Position numbers and translations under genes: made by a program. Under the pieces are notes generated by a model, which saw nothing but the letters and a program-made list of their open reading frames with translations, searched no databases and was not told the DNA's origin. From NCBI GenBank assembly GCA_008080745.1, contig SHMX01000001.1, positions 30,001-62,000 on the forward strand: a stretch of 32,000 bases of DNA. The letters are read 5' to 3'. Positions 21,501 to 27,425 of this stretch are shown piece after piece; within the stretch, counting starts at the first letter, position 1; each line of letters opens with the position of its first letter. Source of the DNA: Candidatus Thorarchaeota archaeon. Lineage in GTDB: Archaea; Asgardarchaeota; Thorarchaeia; Thorarchaeales; Thorarchaeaceae.

Positions 21501-24500
21501 CACTCGCGAATCAGTAATCCATGGAGTGGTTGCTTGCATCTCAAATACATCATTGATATCGAAAATATCCGTATTTCCAAGGGTCTGTCCCTGATGCCCG
21601 ATTTTGGCATCCAAGATATAATTCAAACTCTGGAATTCAATGACCCATACTCCCCATATATCAACCGCATCAGCAAATATCGTAAGGGTACCACCTGTAT
21701 ATGTCCAATCAGTTCCATAGGTCTTTGATTGACCAACTGGATTCATGACCGATGTTGGTTTCCATTCGGTCTGAGGATAATCGATGTATGCGTTCATTGA
21801 TGCAGTATTTGGTGGGGGCGAAATTAGTACGTTAGCAGTCCAATTCACATATTCTGTACCATTGTCTATAACAAAAGTTGTACCTGTGTTCATCTTATCA
21901 TCAAGACTCTGTCCACTTCCGGAAATAGTAAGTGATGCAGTAGTTTCCAGTGAAACGGGGTCTGTAGAGGAGGTGGCAAATTCTAGAGAAGCAGCCTCAG
22001 TGCTTTCATAGGTATCCTTGTTTGTCTGTTCTGAACCAACCGAGAGAAATGAATTAGGACTGTCTTGATTTCGGAATTGGGTAAGAATCCAATTGGAAGA
22101 TCTTGCAACATTCGATATTCTAGCTTCATCAATAATTCCATCAAAACTTCTAGTTCCTTCACTATTGTCCCCAATCGTTACTTCGGTTGTAGAGTCATCA
22201 AAATTTGAACCACTATTTGCCAATCCTTGATAATAAGATCCATCAAGATAGACTCGAACCTCATTTGAGGAAAGGGACTGGTCAAAAGTTACTACTAAAT
22301 GATGCCAAGTACTCAAGCTAATAGCATAATCTGCAGAGTTCCAATCGGTGTTTGTTCCATCTGTATAAACCCTAACCTTAAGCGCTTGTGTATTATCCAC
22401 ACCAATCATGAAAATGTGAGGCCCTCCTCCGGTTCCTACCTCCTTTGATATAATTCTATAATCTCCATCAGTATTAAGATAGAACCAGCTCTCTAATGTA
22501 ATCTCACCCCAGGAATCAGTATCCATTTGTCCAATGATTGCCCGTTCACTACTACCAGTAAATTCGTAAGCCCCATCAATCTGACCATCTGTCACATTTC
22601 TTGCAGCCATATCAAAGGGCACACCATCATAATCGTTCTCTGTACTATCGATAAGTTGTCCAGCAGTCAAGTTGTCGTTCATATGCCATACGGATTCATA
22701 TCCTGAGTTCCAAACGCCCTCGGCATTCTGAAGATTTCCAACATCGGAATCGCCATAATGCATTTCTATAGTAGTATCTGAAGACCCAGAGAGAGTTGGA
22801 ATACGAACCCAAGCAATCAGATGAGCGTGAGTGGAATTATAGTAATGGTCGTAGTACTCAATCTCATGATTTAATTGAACTCCATTTTGCATGAAGGCAA
22901 TATCATCACCATCTTTCTGTGCATCTGTCTTCAAGTCCGAGTCATAAATATCAACCATGACTGGAAAGTCGCTCAGGGTTGTAGCTACTTGGCCCGAATT
23001 AATTGTGATGTCTTTCTTATATGCAAGACTAGCTACGGTATCTTCAGCATTGGGAAGGATATATTCAACATAGATTCTCGATAATTCATGAGCATCAAAA
23101 TATGAACCATATGACCCCTTAATGTCATTGTATGACTGATATGATGAAGCATGCATGAAGTCTAGCATGATTGCCACATAGTCGCCAGCATTCCACCCAT
23201 TCTCATTGATACCCTTCTGTAATAGAGCCCCAAAATCAGGAGAATAATATCGTTCACCAGAATTCCAAGCTGAAGGAGACCAATCAACGCTAGTGTCAAT
23301 GAATGTTAGTCTATCTTCAAGTTGGTCACCACCACTCGTAAATGCGGAAATATCATTCCCAGAATTATCACGGCTTGCGAGATACAATCGCATATCATTC
23401 ATTGTACCAACCCCAGCAGATTCAACCTCAATATATGCTTGGGTGATTGCTGCTCCTACCGGAATATCCAATGGGAACTGTAAGCCAATCTGGTAAGGAT
23501 TAGTATCGCTCCATGAGGACCCCCAAGTCCCAACAGATAAAACTGCATCATTGTTATATCCATCTAAATCGAATCCTGAACTATCGGGGTCGTATCCATC
23601 ACGATTCTCACCATCAGGTAAGAATGGCGATGCACTGTACAACTCAGAGCCTACTACATAAGTACCATTAACAGTAAGATCAACTTGTTCTGGGAAAGGA
23701 CGAACTTCTAAATCAACCGTAAAATCATCAACGTAAACATATGCATCACGAGAATTGCTCTGAGAGCCAGATAAGTCTGTTCCAATTCCCACCTCTATCA
23801 GAATAGAATCAGGTAAGTCTATTGAATTAATAATGGATGAAGGGATAGAAATCGTTGATAGTTGCCATGAATCCGTAGGTGAACCGGATGCAAATACACC
23901 AAGCTGGTATTCATATCCACCAAATCGGAGAAAGAGATAGACTTGGTCATTGAGATTAGAAGAAGAAGAAACATAATAGTAGAACTGAACCTCTACAGAG
24001 GATAGTTCACGATATGGAGCAGAAATCATCTGGCTAATATAGATACTATCAGAGGAGGAGAGACTTGTACCACCGGACCATTCTGCATCAAATCGCCATC
24101 CCATCGTTCCACTACGACCGGCACCCCCAATACTATTAAACTCAAAAACACCATGATGAGGATGCCCAGTTCCAGATGTGTCTGTTTTGGTAAGTACCCA
24201 ATTATCAGGGATAGCAACATCTTCGGAATTATAACTAGTTCCGAGAAATTTCTCATTGTGATAGGAGTTCAAATCCTTATTCAGCAACCGATCACTATCA
24301 GTAATCACCATGGAATCAATTGTAGTATCCAAATCAGAACCAGTCCAGCCGTCATCCAAGGAAATAGTGGTTGTGCTAGGATTTGACGAATCAATGGTCA
24401 TCGATCCATCATATGTGTTTGTAGCAGTTCCAATCATGGAATACGACAGTGGCATACCAGTTCCAGTGGTGTAGATAGTATCAGCAACAGACCAAGAGTC

Positions 24501-24617
24501 AGGATTTTGAAAATCATTTGACTCTAAATTACCCACATTTGTTGGTGTTGTGATACTAGGAACAGGAATTACAAATATCAGTATAATAAGAAGTCCAACA
24601 AGACTTGCTCTCCTCAT
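9552..24617 (-). CDS. Giant (5021 aa) single-pass cell-surface protein: signal peptide, 2x DUF2341-like + LamG/ConA-like modules, roughly 30 Ig-like beta repeats, TM helix, 245-aa cytoplasmic tail
   Basis: Uninterrupted 15,066-nt ORF. MRRASLVGLLIILIFVIP signal, GGAGG SD at 24628-24632, YESVWHMND / WHHLVVTFD / GIIDEARIS LamG-type motifs, abundant N-x-S/T sequons, TM IGFPISLVIILLLGMYV near 10340. Confidence 0.9.
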   Translation of the reverse strand: MRRASLVGLLIILIFVIPVPSITTPTNVGNLESNDFQNPDSWSVADTIYTTGTGMPLSYSMIGTATNTYDGSMTIDSSNPSTTTISLDDGWTGSDLDTTIDSMVITDSDRLLNKDLNSYHNEKFLGTSYNSEDVAIPDNWVLTKTDTSGTGHPHHGVFEFNSIGGAGRSGTMGWRFDAEWSGGTSLSSSDSIYISQMISAPYRELSSVEVQFYYYVSSSSNLNDQVYLFLRFGGYEYQLGVFASGSPTDSWQLSTISIPSSIINSIDLPDSILIEVGIGTDLSGSQSNSRDAYVYVDDFTVDLEVRPFPEQVDLTVNGTYVVGSELYSASPFLPDGENRDGYDPDSSGFDLDGYNNDAVLSVGTWGSSWSDTNPYQIGLQFPLDIPVGAAITQAYIEVESAGVGTMNDMRLYLASRDNSGNDISAFTSGGDQLEDRLTFIDTSVDWSPSAWNSGERYYSPDFGALLQKGINENGWNAGDYVAIMLDFMHASSYQSYNDIKGSYGSYFDAHELSRIYVEYILPNAEDTVASLAYKKDITINSGQVATTLSDFPVMVDIYDSDLKTDAQKDGDDIAFMQNGVQLNHEIEYYDHYYNSTHAHLIAWVRIPTLSGSSDTTIEMHYGDSDVGNLQNAEGVWNSGYESVWHMNDNLTAGQLIDSTENDYDGVPFDMAARNVTDGQIDGAYEFTGSSERAIIGQMDTDSWGEITLESWFYLNTDGDYRIISKEVGTGGGPHIFMIGVDNTQALKVRVYTDGTNTDWNSADYAISLSTWHHLVVTFDQSLSSNEVRVYLDGSYYQGLANSGSNFDDSTTEVTIGDNSEGTRSFDGIIDEARISNVARSSNWILTQFRNQDSPNSFLSVGSEQTNKDTYESTEAASLEFATSSTDPVSLETTASLTISGSGQSLDDKMNTGTTFVIDNGTEYVNWTANVLISPPPNTASMNAYIDYPQTEWKPTSVMNPVGQSKTYGTDWTYTGGTLTIFADAVDIWGVWVIEFQSLNYILDAKIGHQGQTLGNTDIFDINDVFEMQATTPWITDSRVGLVLTDPTGSQWHTDYATTTGTPTHLIPSFQYRKSITISSSEVASDLTDYPLLVELTDADLHDTSKVQSDGDDIVFVSANGDILPHEIELWNQNYDSSNARLVAWVKTNLSSSTNTVISMYYGNPFVGPQERPTEVWNSDYAAVWHLGENTIDEQTTGIHYDSTENGYDGNQNGNVVTTSGKIANAQNFATDDWIEINDTLGLDPTGDLTISGWFRLDSAHSSSSSTKLIMEKYYSGDYDMHIALVGSDYSSSASDGSFVFKIENVGDGVLHYKYTSGKTYWDPGWYHYTVTFDASDAENNRIYIDGQNMATAYIGDQYPASTSLDFSSAWGIGGDQIDQVSGTYAYFDGGIDEVSISTTIQSATWISVMYDNQNNPSTFYSVGTEQIRTSPDLTITKTLDSTAPAGVWTASVYYNDTGVSVTNATGLMERDFIVQHDTTLTIVEPYDAVSDRTSIRLAGEFLEVELDLTDDITAGGVVGATVTMNWTQSGTPTEITLDEYGAGSYGIVLNTSDLGTAQRWRINIASYHPHYNNATEYFDLDLYHETRLTYLNVSSTPIGFDSTATLLYWDVYDDIPITGATISFDNGTTIATDAEGNGMYNISLDLSYLGLGNHWFVFDASKTGSYMADADTNVTFTVRKHYTSVSVQGNLVTPFDFDTGVTVVLTDMDTGTSVPIGDVVSFTFDPVSYSAQIINSPLSYSQTLTTNTWVLGDETVTLSVSLTGSIYFDPTNYDFTINIRKHYTSVSVIGDFLSPFGFNTSVTIILNDTDTGTAIASTNVNSFTFTPASHSSEGESNPSDYIYELDTDGWTVGIDTVTLTVDMTGSDYFNPNSFDFDVEIRKHYTSVTVSGDLLTPWGQNTTLTILLIDTDLGTSIAIGNVASFTFTPASYSSGGESNPSDYVFELDTDGWAVGLDTVILTIDMTGSDYFDPDSYAFDIEIRNHYTAVTVKGNMTTPVGMDTPLTVEVVDLDTGTVVSIIDVASFSMSWTGDSQNFDGTSYSVTLATNTWSLGTETVTITVDMTGSDYFDPDGYDFDITIRKHFTSVSVSGDYITPYGETTDVTIIIYDSDTGAQLAAGNADWFNFTWTGGFYEQNPASSLTDTLPTDSWSVGIVTVTLEVSMSGSNYFDPDTFSFDVTIRRHYTSITVTGDLTSPYGNTTDVTVKITDLDTGTLVTYTNVDWLNFTWATSFQEITTVSTFDITLATDTWDVGITSVTLSVSMGSSNYYNPDNYVFDITIHSIETTLSNEPNDMIFPKGDDFKIVLRLNITELGQYYGDPITGLTATNFTVENSTGSYVFTMVHLGDGRYNLTIDGSYFPEGTYTIYVTFVSTDSRYQSHQLTLVFEYRPARSELSSGDRTVTTPFETDFTVTLNFTDIDRDAGIVGATISAEGITIYNQQDLGNGQYRVTVNITGFNKGTHYYNLTADADGYAPQTLRFTVVIRIAYTYAIPSTGALDIPVGNSPVFYVDYWDIDHDEAITGATVNHNWTETVSVTMVGEEYKLTFTTSDSVALGTYLVMFNFSKGENYQFGLFNLTVVVRTHNTDFRLVSAIEPTAYNGEIEISVFYGDLDSAGAGIVSDLISYEVWNETMQVSATMVNDTSLGSGYYLITISAAQFGGLGLQDFTVFFNWTGSVYKYQNKTVQASANIVGEDSRLTLILSSEPTPYLNNMSYTFFYSKSNGDGITNDTGDVHINVVFTGESVELSQVDIWEVDSSTSPGNYSIRFNTSLFSHTGLIYMRVYINWSYGVAPFYTNRTDTISVRILARDTLVSLVPASATSYSEIASFTFNYEDALIDESIANSTSLNISLSLSDYTLSYESATRTFTVQFNTSQFGGLGQQSFTLDIEWYGSPFYQNKTGRTVFVTVTVRDTVLDYQSPAPTPYLDNVTFTVTWTDVTGSSSSGIDGATVILYNGTTQILGSYYSVTPGTDGEYEVVFNTTYFATPGSYVITVNITSSEFYYASDDSDRTLTITKRVTSLTSDPFDRVPYNSSFTVILYYQDTLTLADIRNDTFDVFFNIETAGSWLYTISWVSAMGYYELTIETYNQPSLEIGIEYSLKLNMSYSYESPFYNWDDTTITFELRHRESSLERETSPVQTPYLDWIDFSVYYSDADASVGVSGATINVEVSGTPLTLTTEYTYSDDSGGYYTVSVDSEALGGIGSFGITIWANWSMTAPFHDNASLSINLSVIRRPTDVTIVSTPGRTSYLENVTFVVEFTDLGYGTTIPSVTKSLLHIYKGAIELSPSDFVYTDIGSNQYEISINSTIITSVLVSNLQLTISVDWPDSPNYYRDDSTNIQVTVIARTTALSIEPPTNTAYGENATVQVGYLDTTTIDTLIANAGNLTLVTNLTEVPEITYSTSTRIFTVSFDTSQFGNIGRMTFHINITWNGSPYYANRTFQQISLTVTLRQTQLDYQAPAPTPYGDNVTFSITYEDIAGSTEFGIDDATISLYNGTTEIPLIYYQITPQGNGQFDFEFDSGYFGEPGYYSINASFVYTGSNFANDASAVRTLNVRLRTTLLSAEPVGSVGYGTTMEIILYYQDMLTLDNIGNSTPQTTLEIVNGTSWVFTVTWRPASETYQLLVETDGQTLPVGQTFVLNISMSYIYESPYYRSDFLYVSFSIRNRVSSLDIQDAPVPAAYLEFAEFTMYYWDVDETQGISGATISLQTTSTLTEGSDFFVTQGAAGEYIIQLNTTALTSLGSYQVKVTAIWSGGAPYHNDASRNVSVTVTKRTADVEIISPPSQTSYWDNMTFTFRFTDTISDEPISVSASNVIIYSNGTPLLANEYVITPSGSNFLVSINSTVLGTELVNDLNLTIFIDWNDSNAPFYTDDQTSLRVTTIGRSMSFTLGQIPSTPKGDILTITFFVEDGAKDIPVEGAIILFDCVEQSLVEGSSYNITEGTGSLAGYYNITVNTAVFSNVGDYTFDITVQWNQSLIPFYANLSTITVTGSVDLIWTALQADLPQPSSVEISASVNVTVYFRDLDHGQIGIAGVPGAITVSYLSTGIVPADLVIEDIGGGAYNISFSTIDLDSTGSYALNVTASLYPYRVASVQPTFTVTVIRTILTPTEDTIQLSWTETATLYVEYENLLSANLTPGATVTYEWDGGTGTLIETGTSGVYTVDIDTSLANSGTRVIKIYAQKDKFANAVTTITLIVLTLPSDMVPITPNVASLNLPRGASVPISVYLNDTFNAVPVNDTYIQNVYITFQGVDYPMAYNGTPGYYTATIPGSATELPITFYSVNILAEFINYNPAPYQFKVNLQQSRTELNLSGSTTKTINAYYSELVTFEVNFTAPDLGFQITDENGTAVIWDLSEVGIQGNFTHIGDGIWQAVFNTTDANYGSWGITILGQPGDPVLSDSIATLTLTIKLIPTQASYLTAPTVVWGWEGNVTFYFDDTWNEVGVGGAEALFSWGPYAGLNATDLGNGSYTVFVNTTILTPGARYTVTISFNKPNYVVGTSSLTIAVQEVPTELIVESPLQNRVAEDNPLNLVVPMGDTIEILVLYNDTDSTEGYVGGISQANLLDASVFRGVTFDGGRNFELIEMEGGWYKLVFDTTDTEIYQYSEGVPEIVDGYYRFTIVLKLSNYETSEVTVRLRIIEVPTQVSTDPSDTSFSLIHGASTTIRVQFNDTWHGIGITDAILTISSDTPSIVVIGWAEQSNGWYQIELYAESVGVPSAIQIILSRPYHTNATAEFRVSVLMNDVDILVDNSLRIGFPISLVIILLLGMYVKVWSVPKRIRQINGQIKAMEKGKMPKPISEVRDRRGVIADLWTDTLKGLEIVRTVSQVPETSVPVEVPEMGELLIQLQILTNLSQTELDEFKSDISKMRMSEQAAFVKEVIQQEAIRAARREHTTVEDILKKVETEAKLKTGAVPDKGPDEGPSPIIIGIPDDTTPTEDTTPVDKTPEKTPSSIDSDWDSIPGDKLSDFEIEELRKELKQRGIEDHEIDNLIEQAKELPREAIDELLESIGGNEE
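12960..16193 (-). repeat. Two tandem copies of a five-domain block (1617 nt, 539 aa each) in the giant gene
   Basis: Block 1 16193-14577, block 2 14576-12960. Paired motifs: TRTFTVQFNTSQFG/TRIFTVSFDTSQFG, LDYQSPAPTPYLDNVTF/LDYQAPAPTPYGDNVTF, ILYYQDTLTL/ILYYQDMLTL, APFHDNAS/APYHNDAS, ISINST/VSINST. Confidence 0.8.
17778..19583 (-). repeat. Six tandem ~100-aa repeats in the giant gene
   Basis: R(K/N/R)H(Y/F)T(S/A) unit starts at 19583, 19280, 18977, 18674, 18377, 18077 (spacings 303, 303, 303, 297, 300, then 300 to the next domain). Each unit ends W.xG...VTL...M.GS.YFDP..Y.F.I.I. Confidence 0.9.
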
Positions 24618-24960
24618 GTTTCATTTTCCTCCGAAGGTAAGATTGACACTCGTCCAATATCTAGTGAACCTAGATTCATTTCGTCTATTCTGAGAGAACA
24701 ATTCTCCCGACCCATAACAATGATTGGATGATGAACTGATTCGATAGCTAGACAATCATTTCGATTTTTCGTAAATACCCGTATTCCCGAAAGGAAATAG
24801 GAAGACCATCCGCTCTCTGTTCACAATCCCCTCAAGCTGGATTGATAGATTAGTTGAATATCAATAGTTCTCAACTTTTTCTATAATTCTCTGCTTACAA
24901 ACTTATTCTTATAGTTACGTTGTGTGAATAGGCGAATAGTTATACTAGAGGGGAAAAAGG

Positions 24961-25650
24961 TTAAGCCTTCTGTAAATAGTCACGATAACCGAGGATTTTG
25001 TACCCTAATCGGTCCACAATATCCTCCATAATGGAAAAAACGTAGTCGGATTCATAATCACGAGGATGAATAGATATCTGAAGAGGGCCACCCAGCTCCA
25101 ATTCAAGCATAGAATCGGAAAAGGATGCTTTTCCATCACCTTGACTAATGATATGATCAGCAGTTACAAATATCTCATCACGTTCAAAGGAATGAATGTA
25201 GTTACCTAACACACAATATTTGAGCCCAACATCTCGTACTTGAGTCAGCACCTTTTGTGTTGCTTGCCAAGCAGGAGGAACGAATCCATATGGGCGAATC
25301 CTAAAAGCACGACGTATCATTGCTATTCCTGATTTTAACCGAGAGGCAGATCTCTCACTTGAGAGTTTTTTGAATTCATCCATACCACCGGATTTGGTGG
25401 TATGAGAGTAACCATGTAATGAGATTTCCAGACCAAGAGAACGAAGATATCCTACAAAGATGTCGCCCTCCTTGAATACATTCGATCCCTTCAGTTGATA
25501 AAAGGGGGGGATAAGAAGAGTATAACCCTTTATCCCAATCTCACTAAGTCTATCATATAGGGATATAATCTCATCTTCATACATTGGAGAAATATCATGG
25601 ATAGACAGCAAAATGACATTATCATCTAAACTGGTCACTGTCTTTACCAT
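24961..25650 (-). CDS. NodB/CE4-type polysaccharide deacetylase-like protein (DUF2334-like)
   Basis: SIHDISP, EISLHGYSH (HxxxH), GFVPPAW, ISIHP. Confidence 0.75.
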   Translation of the reverse strand: MVKTVTSLDDNVILLSIHDISPMYEDEIISLYDRLSEIGIKGYTLLIPPFYQLKGSNVFKEGDIFVGYLRSLGLEISLHGYSHTTKSGGMDEFKKLSSERSASRLKSGIAMIRRAFRIRPYGFVPPAWQATQKVLTQVRDVGLKYCVLGNYIHSFERDEIFVTADHIISQGDGKASFSDSMLELELGGPLQISIHPRDYESDYVFSIMEDIVDRLGYKILGYRDYLQKA

Positions 25651-25713
25651 ATTATTTAACCCCTAAAGAGGTATATGCAATCCCGAGGAGGTATATAGAA
25701 TCATCGGGAGAAT

Positions 25714-25950
25714 TTAGAGAGATTTACTCCATTGTTTGTAAGCAAGTTCAATGTCCTTATCGGTTATCGTTTTTCTATCCGCATGTGTGGTGAGTTCATA
25801 GGCTCGCTTAGCTAGGTATTCGCCTACTTCTTCTAAAATTTGTGCTAATCGCTCTGCACCCTTGTCACTCACACGTCCAGCACCAGCACTTCTAATAAGA
25901 CGGTCAACGGGAGCGACCGGAAGGATTCTGTCTTTTCTTGATCGAGGCAT
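25714..25950 (-). CDS. Archaeal histone (HMfA/HMfB family) with short basic N-terminal extension
   Basis: LPVAPVDRLIRSAGAGRVS...LEE...AYELTTHADRKTITDKDIELA aligns with HMfB (LPIAPIGRIIKDAGAERVS...HAGRKTIKAEDIELA); AGGAG SD at 25961-25965. Confidence 0.97.
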   Translation of the reverse strand: MPRSRKDRILPVAPVDRLIRSAGAGRVSDKGAERLAQILEEVGEYLAKRAYELTTHADRKTITDKDIELAYKQWSKSL

Positions 25951-25984
25951 ATCAGATTTACTCCTAATTGATATTTTGAAGTTC

Positions 25985-26000
25985 TTATAACCCTTATTTT
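25985..26000 (-). promoter_or_regulatory. Putative BRE-TATA promoter of the histone gene
   Basis: Minus strand reads AAAATAAGGG-TTATAA, with the TATA 35-40 nt upstream of the ATG. Confidence 0.5.
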
Positions 26001-26094
26001 GTATTTTATACTATTTAAACGCTTGTAAATCAGGAAATAACAAATATAATGAAGTTATATTGGATTCTGTTGACCGTGAATATCAGCGATGAAG

Positions 26095-27300
26095 CTAATG
26101 CCTAGGCTCTGATCGTCCGCGTCTTAGATACTCTATTTGAGCACTCTTGACTTCCTCATGCAGAATAGACAAGTCCATTTCTTTTTCAGATTTCTCAATA
26201 TCTATCAGTTTAGCATGAAGAAGAGGATATTGGGGTGCAAGAGAACAACACGAAACTGCTTCCTCTGCGAACTTATACGTGCCAATATTTCGTGCCATTT
26301 CTAGGATTTCGACCTTATCGTCACCAACGCAGGGACGTAATATTGGATAATCACATACTGCAGAACTGATGACACGCAGATTATGAGATGTCTGAGAGGC
26401 CTGCTCCCCAAGAATCTCACCTGTAACAATTGCATCAGCATCTTCCAGTATTGCTATCTCACGTGCTAATCGTAACATATTTCGTTTACAGTGAATACAG
26501 GTAGCTCGTTCCACAGCACAGTTTTTTATCACATCTAAATCCGGACCATGTGGAATGATATACAACTTTACTTCAAAACCATAGATATAGTCTGCAAGAA
26601 CCTGAGCTTGGCGAATTGCTAAATCTGTGCAAGCTTCCTGTGAATGGGGGGTATTGTCAAAATATACAAAGATAGGAATACATCCCCGTTTCATGACCTT
26701 GAAGGCTGCTATAGGAGAATCGAGGCCTGTGGATACTGTGCAAACCACCTTTCCTTGAGTACCAGTAGGCATCCCACCGACACCTTCAACTGTCTTTGCG
26801 AACAGATAAGCTCGTTCATTCCGCACTTCAACATACACAGTTTGTTGGGGGGAAGATAAATCAACGCTCAGATCAAGTTCAGGGAGTTCCATTAGAATTT
26901 TAGCTCCCAGCTGTTCTCGTATATCTTGGCTGGAGAAAGTATGATTACCTATACGTCTAGCTCCTACAGCGAAGGAAAGTCCTTCTTTGAATTCGGATTG
27001 TGCTAGTTCAAAGCCAACATCCAACATTGCATCAATAGTTGCAGGAGATATAGCAACCGGTGAGCAGGAAACCACACCAAATACTCTGGCAGTTATTTCT
27101 GCTACCATTTCAGGTTCAGATGTTTCGATGAATATTCTGCCCCATTCTCGTCTAATCTTTTCAATCGGCAACTTATTTTCTTTTATTGCTGACCGGATAT
27201 TTCGAGCTAGGAGTGCAGTCATTCTTTTTCTGGTTTGCTTTGATTTTATTCCAATCTCACCATATCGGACAAGAACCGCAGAGTATTCAGGTTTCATCAT
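26095..27300 (-). CDS. thiI: tRNA 4-thiouridine synthase ThiI (THUMP + PP-loop, no rhodanese domain)
   Basis: VRYGEIGIKS, THUMP region (SFAVGARR...YVEVR), GGMPTGTQGK, STGLDSP, CIHCKRNM, TGEILGEQASQT, ILRPCVGDDK, CCSLAP. Start ATG 27300 or 27297. Confidence 0.95.
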   Translation of the reverse strand: MMKPEYSAVLVRYGEIGIKSKQTRKRMTALLARNIRSAIKENKLPIEKIRREWGRIFIETSEPEMVAEITARVFGVVSCSPVAISPATIDAMLDVGFELAQSEFKEGLSFAVGARRIGNHTFSSQDIREQLGAKILMELPELDLSVDLSSPQQTVYVEVRNERAYLFAKTVEGVGGMPTGTQGKVVCTVSTGLDSPIAAFKVMKRGCIPIFVYFDNTPHSQEACTDLAIRQAQVLADYIYGFEVKLYIIPHGPDLDVIKNCAVERATCIHCKRNMLRLAREIAILEDADAIVTGEILGEQASQTSHNLRVISSAVCDYPILRPCVGDDKVEILEMARNIGTYKFAEEAVSCCSLAPQYPLLHAKLIDIEKSEKEMDLSILHEEVKSAQIEYLRRGRSEPRH

Positions 27301-27425
27301 GAAACATCTCAATTAGTTTCAGATATAGAGCTAATAAGGCAATTCATCGTACCATATATAGACATACATTTACTGAATACAATATATTTTTCACAGAGAA
27401 TATTTTTGTCAAACAACAGAGAAAG

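Noticed and set aside
9642-22011. Many short + strand ORFs (65-154 aa) antisense to the giant gene, plus short minus-strand alternate-frame ORFs
   Set aside because: No recognisable motifs; expected shadow ORFs of a long coding sequence.
24622-24624. Out-of-frame ATG between the SD and the giant gene start, as a frameshift or regulatory uORF
   Set aside because: Only 3 nt from the SD; the in-frame ATG at 24617 is well spaced and gives a good signal peptide.
24618-24960. 343-bp intergenic region, the largest in the window, as ncRNA or origin; contains TTCC-cgaaa-GGAA near 24784-24796
   Set aside because: Spacing does not match mini-ORB, there are no repeated boxes, and I found no tRNA-like or long stem structure. 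Most simply the promoter region of the giant gene.
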